DNA of 61,973 nt. Source: an uncultured Thioalkalivibrio sp. (GTDB taxonomy: Bacteria > Pseudomonadota > Gammaproteobacteria > Steroidobacterales > XN24). Below, piece by piece: positions 21,882-31,515 of the stretch. Made by a program: the position numbers and the translations under genes. The notes beneath the pieces are model-generated. The model searched no databases and was not told the origin of the DNA. It saw nothing but the letters and a program-made list of their open reading frames with translations. The DNA lies in contig CAYTXS010000001.1 of assembly GCA_964441585.1 (NCBI GenBank), positions 1-61,973 of the forward strand, read 5' to 3'. Position 1 is the first letter of the stretch. Every line of letters begins with the position of its first letter.

Positions 21882-23267
21882 ATGTCCGCCACCCAGTTCT
21901 ATACCGACCGTGCCGCCGGGGCTTGTCCGGTTCATTTCGTCGCCGCGGACGGGCTCGAGAGCCTGCTCGGTAAAATGACCGATGCGCATCGCGCCTGGGT
22001 GCGCAGCACGGCCTGGCAACCCAAGCCCGGCGCCGTGCTCGCTCTGCCCGGCAACGACGGCAGCGTGGCGGCGGTCGTGGCCGGAGCCGGTGGGGAGGAG
22101 CCCTTCTGGGCGATCGCGTCCGTGCCGGCACAGCTTCCACCGGGCACTTACGTGCTCGGCGGCGATCCTGATCCGGCGGAAGGCGCCCGTCACGCACTCG
22201 CCTGGGGCATCGGGCAGTACGGCTTCAGTCGCCGGTCGAACGCGCCCCCGGTGCAGTCGCGCACCCTGGTCTGGCCGCGGGACGTCGACCCGGATGCGGT
22301 GATATCCGCGGTGGATGCGGACGCCCTGGTGCGTGACCTGGTCAACACGCCGGCTGCCGACATGGGTCCTGCGGAGCTGTCGCAGGCGGCCGCGGCGCTG
22401 GCCGCCGCATCGGGCGCCGAATTCCGGGAGATCGTCGGCGACGCCTTGCTGGTGGAGAACTTTCCCGCCATCCACGCCGTTGGGCGCGCCAGCGTGCGTG
22501 CGCCGCGACTGCTGGAGTTGCGCTGGGGCGACGCGGGCCGGCCACGCGTCACGCTGGTCGGAAAGGGGGTCTGTTTCGATACGGGGGGGCTCAACCTCAA
22601 GCAGCCCGGTGGCATGCGCAACATGAAGAAAGACATGGGAGGTGCGGCCCACGTGCTCGGCCTGGCCAAGATGATCATGGACGCAGGTTTGCCGATCCGG
22701 CTTCGCGTGCTGGTTCCCGCGGTCGAAAACAGCGTCGCAGGCAATGCCTATCGCCCGGGTGACGTCGTGTCGACACGGACGGGCCTGACCGTGGAAATCG
22801 GCAACACCGATGCGGAGGGGCGGGTGGTGCTCGCCGATGCGCTGGCGCTGGCGGACGAGGAGGCTCCCGAGCTGCTGCTGGATTTCGCCACGCTAACCGG
22901 CGCGGCGCGGGTTGCACTTGGCCCGGACCTGCCGGCCTTGTTTGCTAGCGACGATGCACTGGCGCGCGACTGGACCGAGGCGGGTTCAGGGCTGGGAGAC
23001 CCGCTCTGGCACATGCCGCTCTGGGCGCCCTATTCGAGTAACCTGTCGAGCGGCATTGCGGACCTGAACAACGTGACCACCGACGGCTTCGCCGGGGCGA
23101 TCTACGGCGGGCTGTTCCTGCAGCGTTTCGTGTCGAGTGCGGGTGCGTGGGCGCATGTCGACACCTTCGCCTGGAATCCGCGCAACCGCGCCGGACGGCC
23201 CGAGGGCGGCATGAGCCAGGGCGTGCGGGCGGCGTTCGAAATGCTTGCGGGTCGCTATCCCGCCTAG
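21882..23267 (+). CDS. M17 leucyl aminopeptidase family
   Basis: GKGVCFDTGG, MKKDMGGAA, NTDAEGRVVLAD, ATLTGA. Confidence 0.95.
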   Translation: MSATQFYTDRAAGACPVHFVAADGLESLLGKMTDAHRAWVRSTAWQPKPGAVLALPGNDGSVAAVVAGAGGEEPFWAIASVPAQLPPGTYVLGGDPDPAEGARHALAWGIGQYGFSRRSNAPPVQSRTLVWPRDVDPDAVISAVDADALVRDLVNTPAADMGPAELSQAAAALAAASGAEFREIVGDALLVENFPAIHAVGRASVRAPRLLELRWGDAGRPRVTLVGKGVCFDTGGLNLKQPGGMRNMKKDMGGAAHVLGLAKMIMDAGLPIRLRVLVPAVENSVAGNAYRPGDVVSTRTGLTVEIGNTDAEGRVVLADALALADEEAPELLLDFATLTGAARVALGPDLPALFASDDALARDWTEAGSGLGDPLWHMPLWAPYSSNLSSGIADLNNVTTDGFAGAIYGGLFLQRFVSSAGAWAHVDTFAWNPRNRAGRPEGGMSQGVRAAFEMLAGRYPA

Positions 23268-24022
23268 GCGCGCGGTGGGGCGGCCGCCGCTGCGGCTGTC
23301 GCAAGCCGCGATGCGAGGAACAGGAAAAGCGCATAGAAGGCCAGCGCCAGCGCCAGGATGACGATGGCGATCGCCCCGAACAGGAACGGCGCTTTCATCA
23401 TCGTGGACATCAGCGAGTCCTGGTAATAGAAAAACCACTGGTTCTCCGGCGGGAAGACCAGCACGTGAAACTGGTAGAAAACCCGGCGCGGCCCGATGGC
23501 GAAGACCACCGCGACGGCCGCAGCGACGGCGAGCAGGCTGGCGCCAAGCAGGCGCCGTAACCGGGGCACGCGCCAGCCGCGAATTCTGATCAGGCCGAGG
23601 TGGATCGCCAGCCAGGCGAGCGCGAGCCACCCCGCCGGCGCCAGCCGATCGACGAGGCGGGCGACGTCCTCCAGGTGAACGATTTCCGGGGTTCTCAGCA
23701 GGGTATCGATGGGGCGCCCTGCGGGATCGTGGTACCGCAGTTCCGCCAGTCCGGTGCCCGATGCATGGATCGCATCGACGATCTCGGCGAACAACCGCGC
23801 GCGCTCGTCCCGGGTCGTCGTCTCGAAGTCGTCCTTGTAGCGATTCTGTGGCGCGAAGTGTTCTATATGGCCGTGCACGTCGATGACGTCGTACCAGACC
23901 GGGTAGAGAAAATCTCCGCCGGCCAGCACCCGCCAGGCGAGCCACAGGGCGCCGAGCGCCGCCGCCGGCAACAGCAGCCAGAGATGCAGCCCGCTACCGC
24001 GTACCGCGCCGTCAGCTGCCAC
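23264..24022 (-). CDS. DUF1461/Lit-like integral membrane protein
   Basis: Four TM segments; EIVHLEDVARL and FYQFHVLVFPPENQWFF; overlaps the aceK stop. Confidence 0.7.
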   Translation of the reverse strand: MAADGAVRGSGLHLWLLLPAAALGALWLAWRVLAGGDFLYPVWYDVIDVHGHIEHFAPQNRYKDDFETTTRDERARLFAEIVDAIHASGTGLAELRYHDPAGRPIDTLLRTPEIVHLEDVARLVDRLAPAGWLALAWLAIHLGLIRIRGWRVPRLRRLLGASLLAVAAAVAVVFAIGPRRVFYQFHVLVFPPENQWFFYYQDSLMSTMMKAPFLFGAIAIVILALALAFYALFLFLASRLATAAAAAAPPRA

Positions 24023-25751
24023 TGGCCTGGACCGAGAGACTCGGCCGGTACGGCAGTATCTCGAGCACCTCGCCTGCCTCGTGCCGCCGTTTCAGTTCCC
24101 GCCAGAATTCGGGCGTCAGCAAGTCCGCATGATGTTCCATGAAGACCTCCAGCTGTTGCGGCTCGAAACCGAGGAAGCTGATGAACTGCTCGGGAAAGAC
24201 ATCGTCCTCGTCGACGAAAAACCACGCCTCGGACTGCATTTCCTCTTCCATGGTGCGCGCCTTCGGCATCCTCCGGAAGTTGCATTCCGTGACCAGGCAC
24301 AACTCGTCGTAGTCATAGAAGATCACGCGGCCGTTGCGGGTGACGCCGAAGTTTTTCAGCAGCAAATCGCCGGGAAAGATATTGGTCGCGGCAAGATCGC
24401 GGATCGCCTGGCCGTAGTCGAGCACGGCGTGCCTGGCGGCCAGCGGCGAGGCTTCTGCGAGGTAGAGGTTCAGCGGCCGCAGGCGGCGTTCGACATAGCA
24501 GTGCGTGACGACCACGTCGTCGCCATCCACGCAAACCGACTGGGATGTAGATTCGAGCAGGTGTTCCAGCAAGCCGGGATCGAAGCGGGTCCGCGGGAAG
24601 CGCAGCATCTTGAATTCCTGCGCGTCCACCAGCCGCCCGGCGCGGTCATGCCGGAAGACGAGGTAGTACTTGTCGAGCACGTCCTTGCGCACCACCGTTT
24701 TCGGGTAGGCGAAGCGGTCGCGAATGATCTTGAAGACCACGTCGAAGGAGGGCAGCGTGAACACGGCCATGACCATGCCGCGATCACCCGGCGCCTCGAC
24801 GAACTCGTCGCGCGAATGCTGCAGGTGGCGGAAAAAGGTGCGATAGGTTTCGGTCTTGCCCTGGCGCGCGCGCCCGAGCACGGTGAAAAGCTCCGCCAGC
24901 GGTTTGCGCGGCAGGATGGTGCGCAGGAACACGACCGCGTCGTGCACGGTCTCGAGATCGGCATGAAAGTAGCTGCGCGTGAAGCCGAACAGGATGCTGG
25001 TGTCGCGCACCGAGGTGAGCACGGCGTCCACGCCAATACCATCAGGACCGTTCTTCAGCGCGATGACGACCGGCTGTGGTTGCGCGACGCCGAGCGCACG
25101 GCCCACCACGTAGGCGCGGGTGTTCTGGTAGAAGATCGGCCGCATGAACTCGATGCGCGTGAGTCTTTCCAGGCCGCCGAGCGGCTCCCATGCGCGGCGT
25201 AGCTCCGCGACCACGAAGTCCACGCTGTTCTTGAAGTCTTCCCACGGTGACTCGAAGCTGTGGTCCTCGAGGAGTTCTTCCACGAGTGCGGCGGTGGTGT
25301 CGGTGTGCTCGTAAACATTCAGTGCCTGGGGCGGGCGCACCTTGGACAGCGGGTCAAGGTCGAGGGCGACGAACTCGACTTCCGGGTCCACGCCCACCGT
25401 GGTGAACAGGCGACGACTGATCGAGCTGAAGAAAGTCTTTTCGAATTCCAGGTCGATGAAATCGCAGATCTCGTCCTCGAAACAGGCCTTGATCTGGACC
25501 CACAAGGCGCGGTTGTTGGCGTGACCGGCGAGCCGGCCGCGGAGCGCTTCGGTGGTCCTGGCGACGTAACGGTCATAGAGATCGATGCGCTCGGTGGCAT
25601 CGCGGCGTCCGGCCACCCAGTCGCGGCTTTCGAAGCGCAGTCGCGCCCGCCGGGTGATCTCCCGGAACTCGGCGTTGTAGTCGCCGAAGGCGTCGAAAAT
25701 GGCCCTGGCGCACTCGCGTGCCAGGGCCGGATCAGCCAACCGGTCAGGCAT
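24012..25751 (-). CDS. aceK: Isocitrate dehydrogenase kinase/phosphatase
   Basis: LFGFTRSYFH, APGDRGMVMAVF, HDRAGRLVDAQEF, NIFPGDLLLKNFGVTR, FYDYDE. Confidence 0.95.
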   Translation of the reverse strand: MPDRLADPALARECARAIFDAFGDYNAEFREITRRARLRFESRDWVAGRRDATERIDLYDRYVARTTEALRGRLAGHANNRALWVQIKACFEDEICDFIDLEFEKTFFSSISRRLFTTVGVDPEVEFVALDLDPLSKVRPPQALNVYEHTDTTAALVEELLEDHSFESPWEDFKNSVDFVVAELRRAWEPLGGLERLTRIEFMRPIFYQNTRAYVVGRALGVAQPQPVVIALKNGPDGIGVDAVLTSVRDTSILFGFTRSYFHADLETVHDAVVFLRTILPRKPLAELFTVLGRARQGKTETYRTFFRHLQHSRDEFVEAPGDRGMVMAVFTLPSFDVVFKIIRDRFAYPKTVVRKDVLDKYYLVFRHDRAGRLVDAQEFKMLRFPRTRFDPGLLEHLLESTSQSVCVDGDDVVVTHCYVERRLRPLNLYLAEASPLAARHAVLDYGQAIRDLAATNIFPGDLLLKNFGVTRNGRVIFYDYDELCLVTECNFRRMPKARTMEEEMQSEAWFFVDEDDVFPEQFISFLGFEPQQLEVFMEHHADLLTPEFWRELKRRHEAGEVLEILPYRPSLSVQASGS

Positions 25752-25763
25752 TCCGGCCGGACG

Positions 25764-27065
25764 TCAGTCGAGATTGCCGATCAGTGCATCGGCGAATCCG
25801 CTGCACTTGACCTCGTTGGCGCCTTCCATCAACCGGGCGAAATCGTAGGTCACGGTCTTTTCGCCGATGGTCCTGTCCATCGCGGTGATGATGCGGTCGG
25901 CCGCCTCGGTCCAGCCGAGGTGGCGCAACATCATCTCCCCCGAGAGGATCAGGCTGCCGGGGTTGACCTTGTCGAGGTTCGCGTACTTCGGCGCCGTGCC
26001 ATGCGTGGCCTCGAAGACCGCGTGTCCCGTCACCGAATTGACGTTGCCGCCCGGGGCGATGCCGATCCCCCCGACCTGTGCCGCCAGCGCGTCGGACAGA
26101 TAATCTCCGTTCAGGTTGAGGGTGGCGATGACGTCGAATTCGGACGGGCGCGTGAGCACCTGCTGCAACGTGATATCGGCGATCGCGTCCTTGATCAGCA
26201 CCTTGCCGTCGGCCAGCGCCTGTTTCTGCTCGGCATTGGCGGCGGTTTCGCCTTCTTCGTCGCGGGTTCTTTCCCACTGGTCCCAGGTGTAGGTGCGATC
26301 ACCGAACTCGCGTTCCGCGAGCGCATAGCCCCACTTGCGGAACGCGCCCTCGGTGAACTTCATGATGTTGCCCTTGTGGACGAAGGTCACGCTCTTGCGG
26401 CCGTTGTCCAGCGCGTATTCGATCGCCGCGCGCACCAGCCGTTCCGTGCCTTCGCGTGACACGGGCTTGATGCCGATGCCCGCGGTGTCCGGGAAACGGA
26501 TCTTGCGAAACTCGTCCGGGAAATGTTCGCTCAGCAGGTCGAGGAATCGCTTGCCCTTGGCGGAACCCTGTTCGAACTCGATGCCGGCGTAGATGTCCTC
26601 CGTATTCTCGCGGAAGATGACCATGTCCACGTCCTGCGGTTTCTTGACCGGCGAAGGCACGCCCTTGAACCAGCGTACCGGCCGCAGGCAGACATACAGG
26701 TCGAGCAGTTGACGCAATGCGACATTGAGGCTGCGGATGCCGCCGCCGATCGGCGTGGTGAGGGGGCCCTTGATCGAGACCAGGTAATCGCGGCAAGCCT
26801 GGACCGTCTCGTCCGGCAGCCAGGAATTGAACAGGTCGTTGGACTTCTGCCCGGCGTAGATCTCCATCCAGTGGATCTGCTTCTGGCCGCCGTAGGCCTT
26901 TTCGACCGCGGCGTCGAGCACGCGCACCGTGGCACGCCAGATGTCCGGGCCCGTGCCGTCACCCTCGATAAAGGGGATGATCGGGTTGTCCGGGACGCGC
27001 AACACGCCATTATCGATGCTGATCTTTGCGCCGCCCTCGGGAACGACGATGTTCGCTACTGACAT
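25764..27065 (-). CDS. icd: NADP-dependent isocitrate dehydrogenase
   Basis: [27 protein letters not shown] (phospho-Ser site), [22 protein letters not shown]. Confidence 0.97.
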   Translation of the reverse strand: MSVANIVVPEGGAKISIDNGVLRVPDNPIIPFIEGDGTGPDIWRATVRVLDAAVEKAYGGQKQIHWMEIYAGQKSNDLFNSWLPDETVQACRDYLVSIKGPLTTPIGGGIRSLNVALRQLLDLYVCLRPVRWFKGVPSPVKKPQDVDMVIFRENTEDIYAGIEFEQGSAKGKRFLDLLSEHFPDEFRKIRFPDTAGIGIKPVSREGTERLVRAAIEYALDNGRKSVTFVHKGNIMKFTEGAFRKWGYALAEREFGDRTYTWDQWERTRDEEGETAANAEQKQALADGKVLIKDAIADITLQQVLTRPSEFDVIATLNLNGDYLSDALAAQVGGIGIAPGGNVNSVTGHAVFEATHGTAPKYANLDKVNPGSLILSGEMMLRHLGWTEAADRIITAMDRTIGEKTVTYDFARLMEGANEVKCSGFADALIGNLD

Positions 27066-27204
27066 ATTCGGAACTCCTTCGCTGGAAGCAGCCTGCCGCG
27101 AGCCGCTTCGTGAAGCCTCGATGATACTCGCTGGACCACTTGCCGCGCCATGCAGTCCCGCCAGCTGCAGGCCCGGCCGGCGTCCCCGGCGCGGTTACGC
27201 GCCT

Positions 27205-28548
27205 TCAATCCTCGGGGGCATGTTCGGCAACCCATCGGCCGCGTGCCTCATTGATGCGGCGACTTGCGAACAGGGCCACGACGAACAGCAGCACGCAGAA
27301 CAGCACGGCCGTCTGGAGCCCGAGGAGGGCCTGCAGCACGCCGATGGCGAGCAGGCCGAAAAAGCCGGCGAGCTTGAGGGCCAGGCCCCAGAAGCCGAAG
27401 AATTCCGCGGTGCGCGACAGCGGCGAGAACAGGCCCACGAGCGTGCGCGTTGCGGACTGGCAGGAGCCGAGGCTCAGGCCTGCCATGATGCCCACCACCA
27501 GGAACACGTATTGCGCCTGCACCGTTGTGTCGAGCACTGCGCTCAGAAACGTTGCAATGCCCGGTGTCAGGTAGATCAGCACGATGGCGGCGATCCACAT
27601 GAGGAGCGTGATCTGGTAGGTGCGCTTCCCGCCGAGATGATCCTGGATGAATCCGAATCCCAGCGCCCCGATGGCCGCGGTGATCTGCACGATCACGAAC
27701 ATGAGCGTTCGCACCCGGCTTTCCCAGCCGACCACCTGTGCGCCGTAAATGAACGCATAGGTGATGATGATGTAGATGCCGCTCATGGCGAAGAAGGTCG
27801 AGACCAGGAGCGCGGCAAGATCCCTGTGGTTCTCCAGATCGATCAGAGTCGATCGGATACGCTCGATCCCGATGGCGAAGTAACCCGTTCCAGGCGGGCG
27901 CCTGCGCGGCTTGCCGCGTTCCTTGACCCACAAGAACGTCGGGATGGCCGCGACGAGAAAGAATCCCGCAGCCCATGGTCCGACCCAGCGGATTCGCTGG
28001 AAGTTCTCGGCGCTGACCTCGCCGAGCACGAGCAGGACGAAGACGGCCGACACCATGCCGCCGATGTAGCCGAGCGCCCAGCCGAAGCCGGAAATCTTGC
28101 CCAGGTCCTCCGGCGGTCCGAGATCGGGCAGGAAACTGGCGATGAAAGCCTCGCCGATCGAATAGCCGAAATTCGACACGATCAGCAGTAGCACGCCGAG
28201 CAGGGCGTAACCGGGGGCGACAAAATACAGCGCGGCCGTCGCGACGACGGTGAGCAGGTAGCTGGCGAACAGGAAACGCTTCTTCGAAGCGGTGTAATCC
28301 ATGACGGCCCCGGCAATCGGTGCGCACACCACCACCAGCAGGTAGCTGGTCGAGAGCGCCAGGCTCCAGAGGAAGTTGCCCAGGCGGTAATCGTCGCCGT
28401 TGCCGACGATCACGCGTGTGAACAGGTCGCCGAAGACCACCGTGATGATCAGCAGGGTGTACGCCTGGTTGGCGAAATCGAACATGCCCCAGCCGAAGAT
28501 CTCGCGGCGCGACGCCCGGGTGCGGGGGATCACTTTCACGCGCCGCAT
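27205..28548 (-). CDS. MFS transporter, UMF1/ATG22-like family
   Basis: GWGMFDFANQAY, GKISGFGWALGYIGG, AEFFGFW; about 12 TM. Start uncertain (28548 ATG or 28539 GTG). Confidence 0.85.
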   Translation of the reverse strand: MRRVKVIPRTRASRREIFGWGMFDFANQAYTLLIITVVFGDLFTRVIVGNGDDYRLGNFLWSLALSTSYLLVVVCAPIAGAVMDYTASKKRFLFASYLLTVVATAALYFVAPGYALLGVLLLIVSNFGYSIGEAFIASFLPDLGPPEDLGKISGFGWALGYIGGMVSAVFVLLVLGEVSAENFQRIRWVGPWAAGFFLVAAIPTFLWVKERGKPRRRPPGTGYFAIGIERIRSTLIDLENHRDLAALLVSTFFAMSGIYIIITYAFIYGAQVVGWESRVRTLMFVIVQITAAIGALGFGFIQDHLGGKRTYQITLLMWIAAIVLIYLTPGIATFLSAVLDTTVQAQYVFLVVGIMAGLSLGSCQSATRTLVGLFSPLSRTAEFFGFWGLALKLAGFFGLLAIGVLQALLGLQTAVLFCVLLFVVALFASRRINEARGRWVAEHAPED

Positions 28549-28591
28549 CCTGTTCCGGCACGCCGGTCGTCTCGAACCTGCCCCGCCGGCC

Positions 28592-30718
28592 TCATTTTTC
28601 GACGCCGGCGAGGTAGAGCACGAAAGCGTACTCCTGCGCCAGTTCGCGCAAAGATTCGAAACGGCCGCTGCTTCCGCCATGGCCGGCCGTCATCTTCGTT
28701 CGAAACAGCAACAGCGCGTCGTTGCTGCGAGTGGCGCGCAGCTTCGCCACCCACTTGGCAGGTTCCCAGTACTGGACCTGGGAGTCATGCAGGCCGGTGG
28801 TGACGAGCATGGGCGGGTATTCCTGTGCCGTGACGTTGTCATAGGGACTGTAGGACAGCATGGTTTCATACCACGGTGCGAACTTCGGATTGCCCCACTC
28901 GTCGAACTCGTTGGTGGTCAATGGAATCGTTTCGTCGAGCATGGTGGTTACCACGTCGACGAAGGGCACGTGCGCCACGATGCCCGCGTAGAGTTCCGGC
29001 GCCATGTTGGCGACCGCCCCGACCAGGAGGCCGCCGGCCGAGCCGCCCATGGCGTAGACACGATCCGGCGCAGCGAAGCCCTCTGCGACGAGGAAGCGCG
29101 TGACGTCGATGAAGTCGGTGAAGGTGTTCATCTTGTTCAACAGCCGTCCCTCGTCGTACCAGCGCCGGCCCATTTCCTGGCCGCCGCGGACGTGCGCTAT
29201 GGCATAGACGAAGCCCCGGTCTAGCAGCGACAGGCGGTGCCCACTGAAATCCGGGTCGCGGCTCGCGCCGTAGGAGCCGTAGCCGTACTGATAGAGCGGC
29301 GCGCTGCCATCCAGCGGCGTGTTCCGGTGGTAGACGAGGGAGACGGGAATCAGTTCGCCGTCGCGCGCCGGCGCCCAGCGGCGCTCGCTGCGGTAGTCGG
29401 CCGGGTCGAATGTGCCGAGCACGGGTTGCCGCTTGCGCAGTTCCCGTGCGCCGGTCGTGACGTCGAGATCGAATACCGAGATCGGGGTTGTCATCGAGGT
29501 GTAGACGTAACGCAGCGTCGTGGTGTTGAGGCGCGGATTACCGTTGCCGCTGGCCCAGGTCGTCGCCGCGGCTTCGTCGGCGGGGACGTAGAATTCCTCC
29601 CCGGACCAGGTGCGCACCCGGACCCGCCGCAACCCCCCGGAGCGCTCGCCGATGGCCATGAAGGTGTCGAAGACCAGGTGGTCCTCGATGAACACGTCCG
29701 CACTGTGAGGGACGATGTCCGTCCACTGCGAGAAGTCGTTTTCCGCGCCGACCGGCGCGCTCATCAGTCGGTAATTGGGCGCCTCGCGGTTGCTGCGGAC
29801 GATCCAGCGGTCGGCCACGTGGTCCGCACTGTACAGATGCCCTCGATCACGCGGCAGGAATACCCTGAACTCCCCGCCCGGGTCGTCGGCCTCGAGAATA
29901 CGCATCTCGGTGGATTCGGTGCTGCTGAGATAGATCGCGAGGAAGTCGCCTGAGCGGCTGCGACCGATGTCGGTGTAGAACTCGTTGTCGGACTCCTCGT
30001 AGACGATCGGGTCTGGACCGCTGCTCCCCAGTTCATGGCGGCGCACGCGATACGACAGCAGCGTGACGGGGTGATTCTCGACGTAGAACAGGTGGCGGCT
30101 GTCTGCGGCCCAGGCGAAGCTGGAGATGCCGCGGATGTTGTCGGCCAGCAACTCGCCGGTCTGCAAGTCTCTTACCTTGAGCAGGTACTGGCGTCGCCCG
30201 ACGGTGTCCTCGGTCCAGGCGAGCAGGCGATTGTCATCGGAGACGGCGTAGTCGCCGATTTTGAAGTAATCGAGGCCCGCCGCCATCGCGTTGCCGTCGA
30301 GCAGGATCTCCTCTTCGCCGCCGGACTTGCGCCGTGCGTGGATCGGGTGTTCCTGGCCTTCCTCGAAGCGGGTGTAGTAGAAATAGCCACGATCGAACAC
30401 GGGCACGGTGGCATCATCCTGTTTCAGGCGGCCGACCAGTTCTTCGTACAGGGTCTCCACCGTCTCCGCGCGGCCGGATTCCCAGGCCCCGTAATAAGCA
30501 TTTTCGGCTTCCAGGTAGGCGATGACATCGGGTTCACTGCGGGTGTCGTCCCGCAACCAGTACCATGGGTCGATGCGATGGCCCTGCGGCGACAGCACCG
30601 TGAATCGTCGCTCCCCCGCCACGGGTTCCGGCGGCATGATGTCGCGAGTCGGCGTGCAGGCGGCGAGGCCGAGCACGGCGGCGAGACTCGCGGCGCTGGT
30701 GAATCGGGACACGGACAT
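28592..30718 (-). CDS. ptrB: Oligopeptidase B (S9A) with lipoprotein signal
   Basis: DPWYWLRD, YGYGSYG, GGSAGG nucleophile, DSQVQYWEPAKW, AGHGG; lipobox LAAC. Confidence 0.9.
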   Translation of the reverse strand: MSVSRFTSAASLAAVLGLAACTPTRDIMPPEPVAGERRFTVLSPQGHRIDPWYWLRDDTRSEPDVIAYLEAENAYYGAWESGRAETVETLYEELVGRLKQDDATVPVFDRGYFYYTRFEEGQEHPIHARRKSGGEEEILLDGNAMAAGLDYFKIGDYAVSDDNRLLAWTEDTVGRRQYLLKVRDLQTGELLADNIRGISSFAWAADSRHLFYVENHPVTLLSYRVRRHELGSSGPDPIVYEESDNEFYTDIGRSRSGDFLAIYLSSTESTEMRILEADDPGGEFRVFLPRDRGHLYSADHVADRWIVRSNREAPNYRLMSAPVGAENDFSQWTDIVPHSADVFIEDHLVFDTFMAIGERSGGLRRVRVRTWSGEEFYVPADEAAATTWASGNGNPRLNTTTLRYVYTSMTTPISVFDLDVTTGARELRKRQPVLGTFDPADYRSERRWAPARDGELIPVSLVYHRNTPLDGSAPLYQYGYGSYGASRDPDFSGHRLSLLDRGFVYAIAHVRGGQEMGRRWYDEGRLLNKMNTFTDFIDVTRFLVAEGFAAPDRVYAMGGSAGGLLVGAVANMAPELYAGIVAHVPFVDVVTTMLDETIPLTTNEFDEWGNPKFAPWYETMLSYSPYDNVTAQEYPPMLVTTGLHDSQVQYWEPAKWVAKLRATRSNDALLLFRTKMTAGHGGSSGRFESLRELAQEYAFVLYLAGVEK

Positions 30719-30824
30719 GCGGCAACGCTCCGGTGGGCGGCGGGACGGGCTGGCGGCGACTATGCTTTGCTCAGCGTTTGATGTTGAGGTACCGTCGGCC
30801 GGAGGGTTTGCGAGGGGACAGGCG

Positions 30825-31256
30825 ATGAACACTATCCGGACGATCCTGAAGAACAAGAAGAGCGATGAGATCTGGTCGGTCGCTCCGGGTCAGACCGTGC
30901 TCGAGGCTATCACGCTGATGGCGAAACTTCGCATCGGCGCGCTGCTCGTAATGGACGGCGAGAATCTCGTGGGAATTCTGTCGGAACGCGATTACGCCCG
31001 CAAGATCATCCTCCAGGGCCGTCGCTCGCGCGACACGCGCGTCGAGGAAATCATGACGCGGGACGTGACGACGGCCACTCGCGACATGACGGCGCAACAT
31101 TGCCTCGGAATCATGACGCGCGGTTACTTCCGCCACTTGCCGGTGATCGAGGACGGACGCGTCGTCGGGCTCGTCTCGATCGGCGACCTCGTCAAGATGG
31201 TGATCGCGGAAAAGGAAGCACTCATCAACGAGCTGCAACGCTACGTGACCGGTTGA
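30825..31256 (+). CDS. CBS-domain protein
   Basis: GILSERDYARK, FRHLPV, GLVSIGDLVK. Confidence 0.92.
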   Translation: MNTIRTILKNKKSDEIWSVAPGQTVLEAITLMAKLRIGALLVMDGENLVGILSERDYARKIILQGRRSRDTRVEEIMTRDVTTATRDMTAQHCLGIMTRGYFRHLPVIEDGRVVGLVSIGDLVKMVIAEKEALINELQRYVTG

Positions 31257-31281
31257 GCCCGGCCGTGGCAAGGAGATGATC

Positions 31282-31458
31282 ATGGTAGAAATCACCGGCC
31301 TTCTCGGCCTCATTATTCTCATCCTCGACGTCTACGCCATCGTGAAGACGGTGCAGAGCACCGCGTCCACGGGCGCCAAGGTCGTCTGGGTGGTGGTGAT
31401 CCTGCTGCTGCCGGTGCTGGGCCTGTCGCTGTGGTTCCTGTTCGGTCCTAAAGGCTGA
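31282..31458 (+). CDS. PLDc N-terminal-like small membrane protein
   Basis: LDVYAIVK...KVVWVVVILLLPVLGLSLWFLFGP; AGGAG RBS at 31271. Confidence 0.8.
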   Translation: MVEITGLLGLIILILDVYAIVKTVQSTASTGAKVVWVVVILLLPVLGLSLWFLFGPKG

Positions 31459-31515
31459 AGCACGCGGCCGGGCGCGCCTCGGGACCGCCCGCGCCGCGCC
31501 GGATCGACCCCGCGG

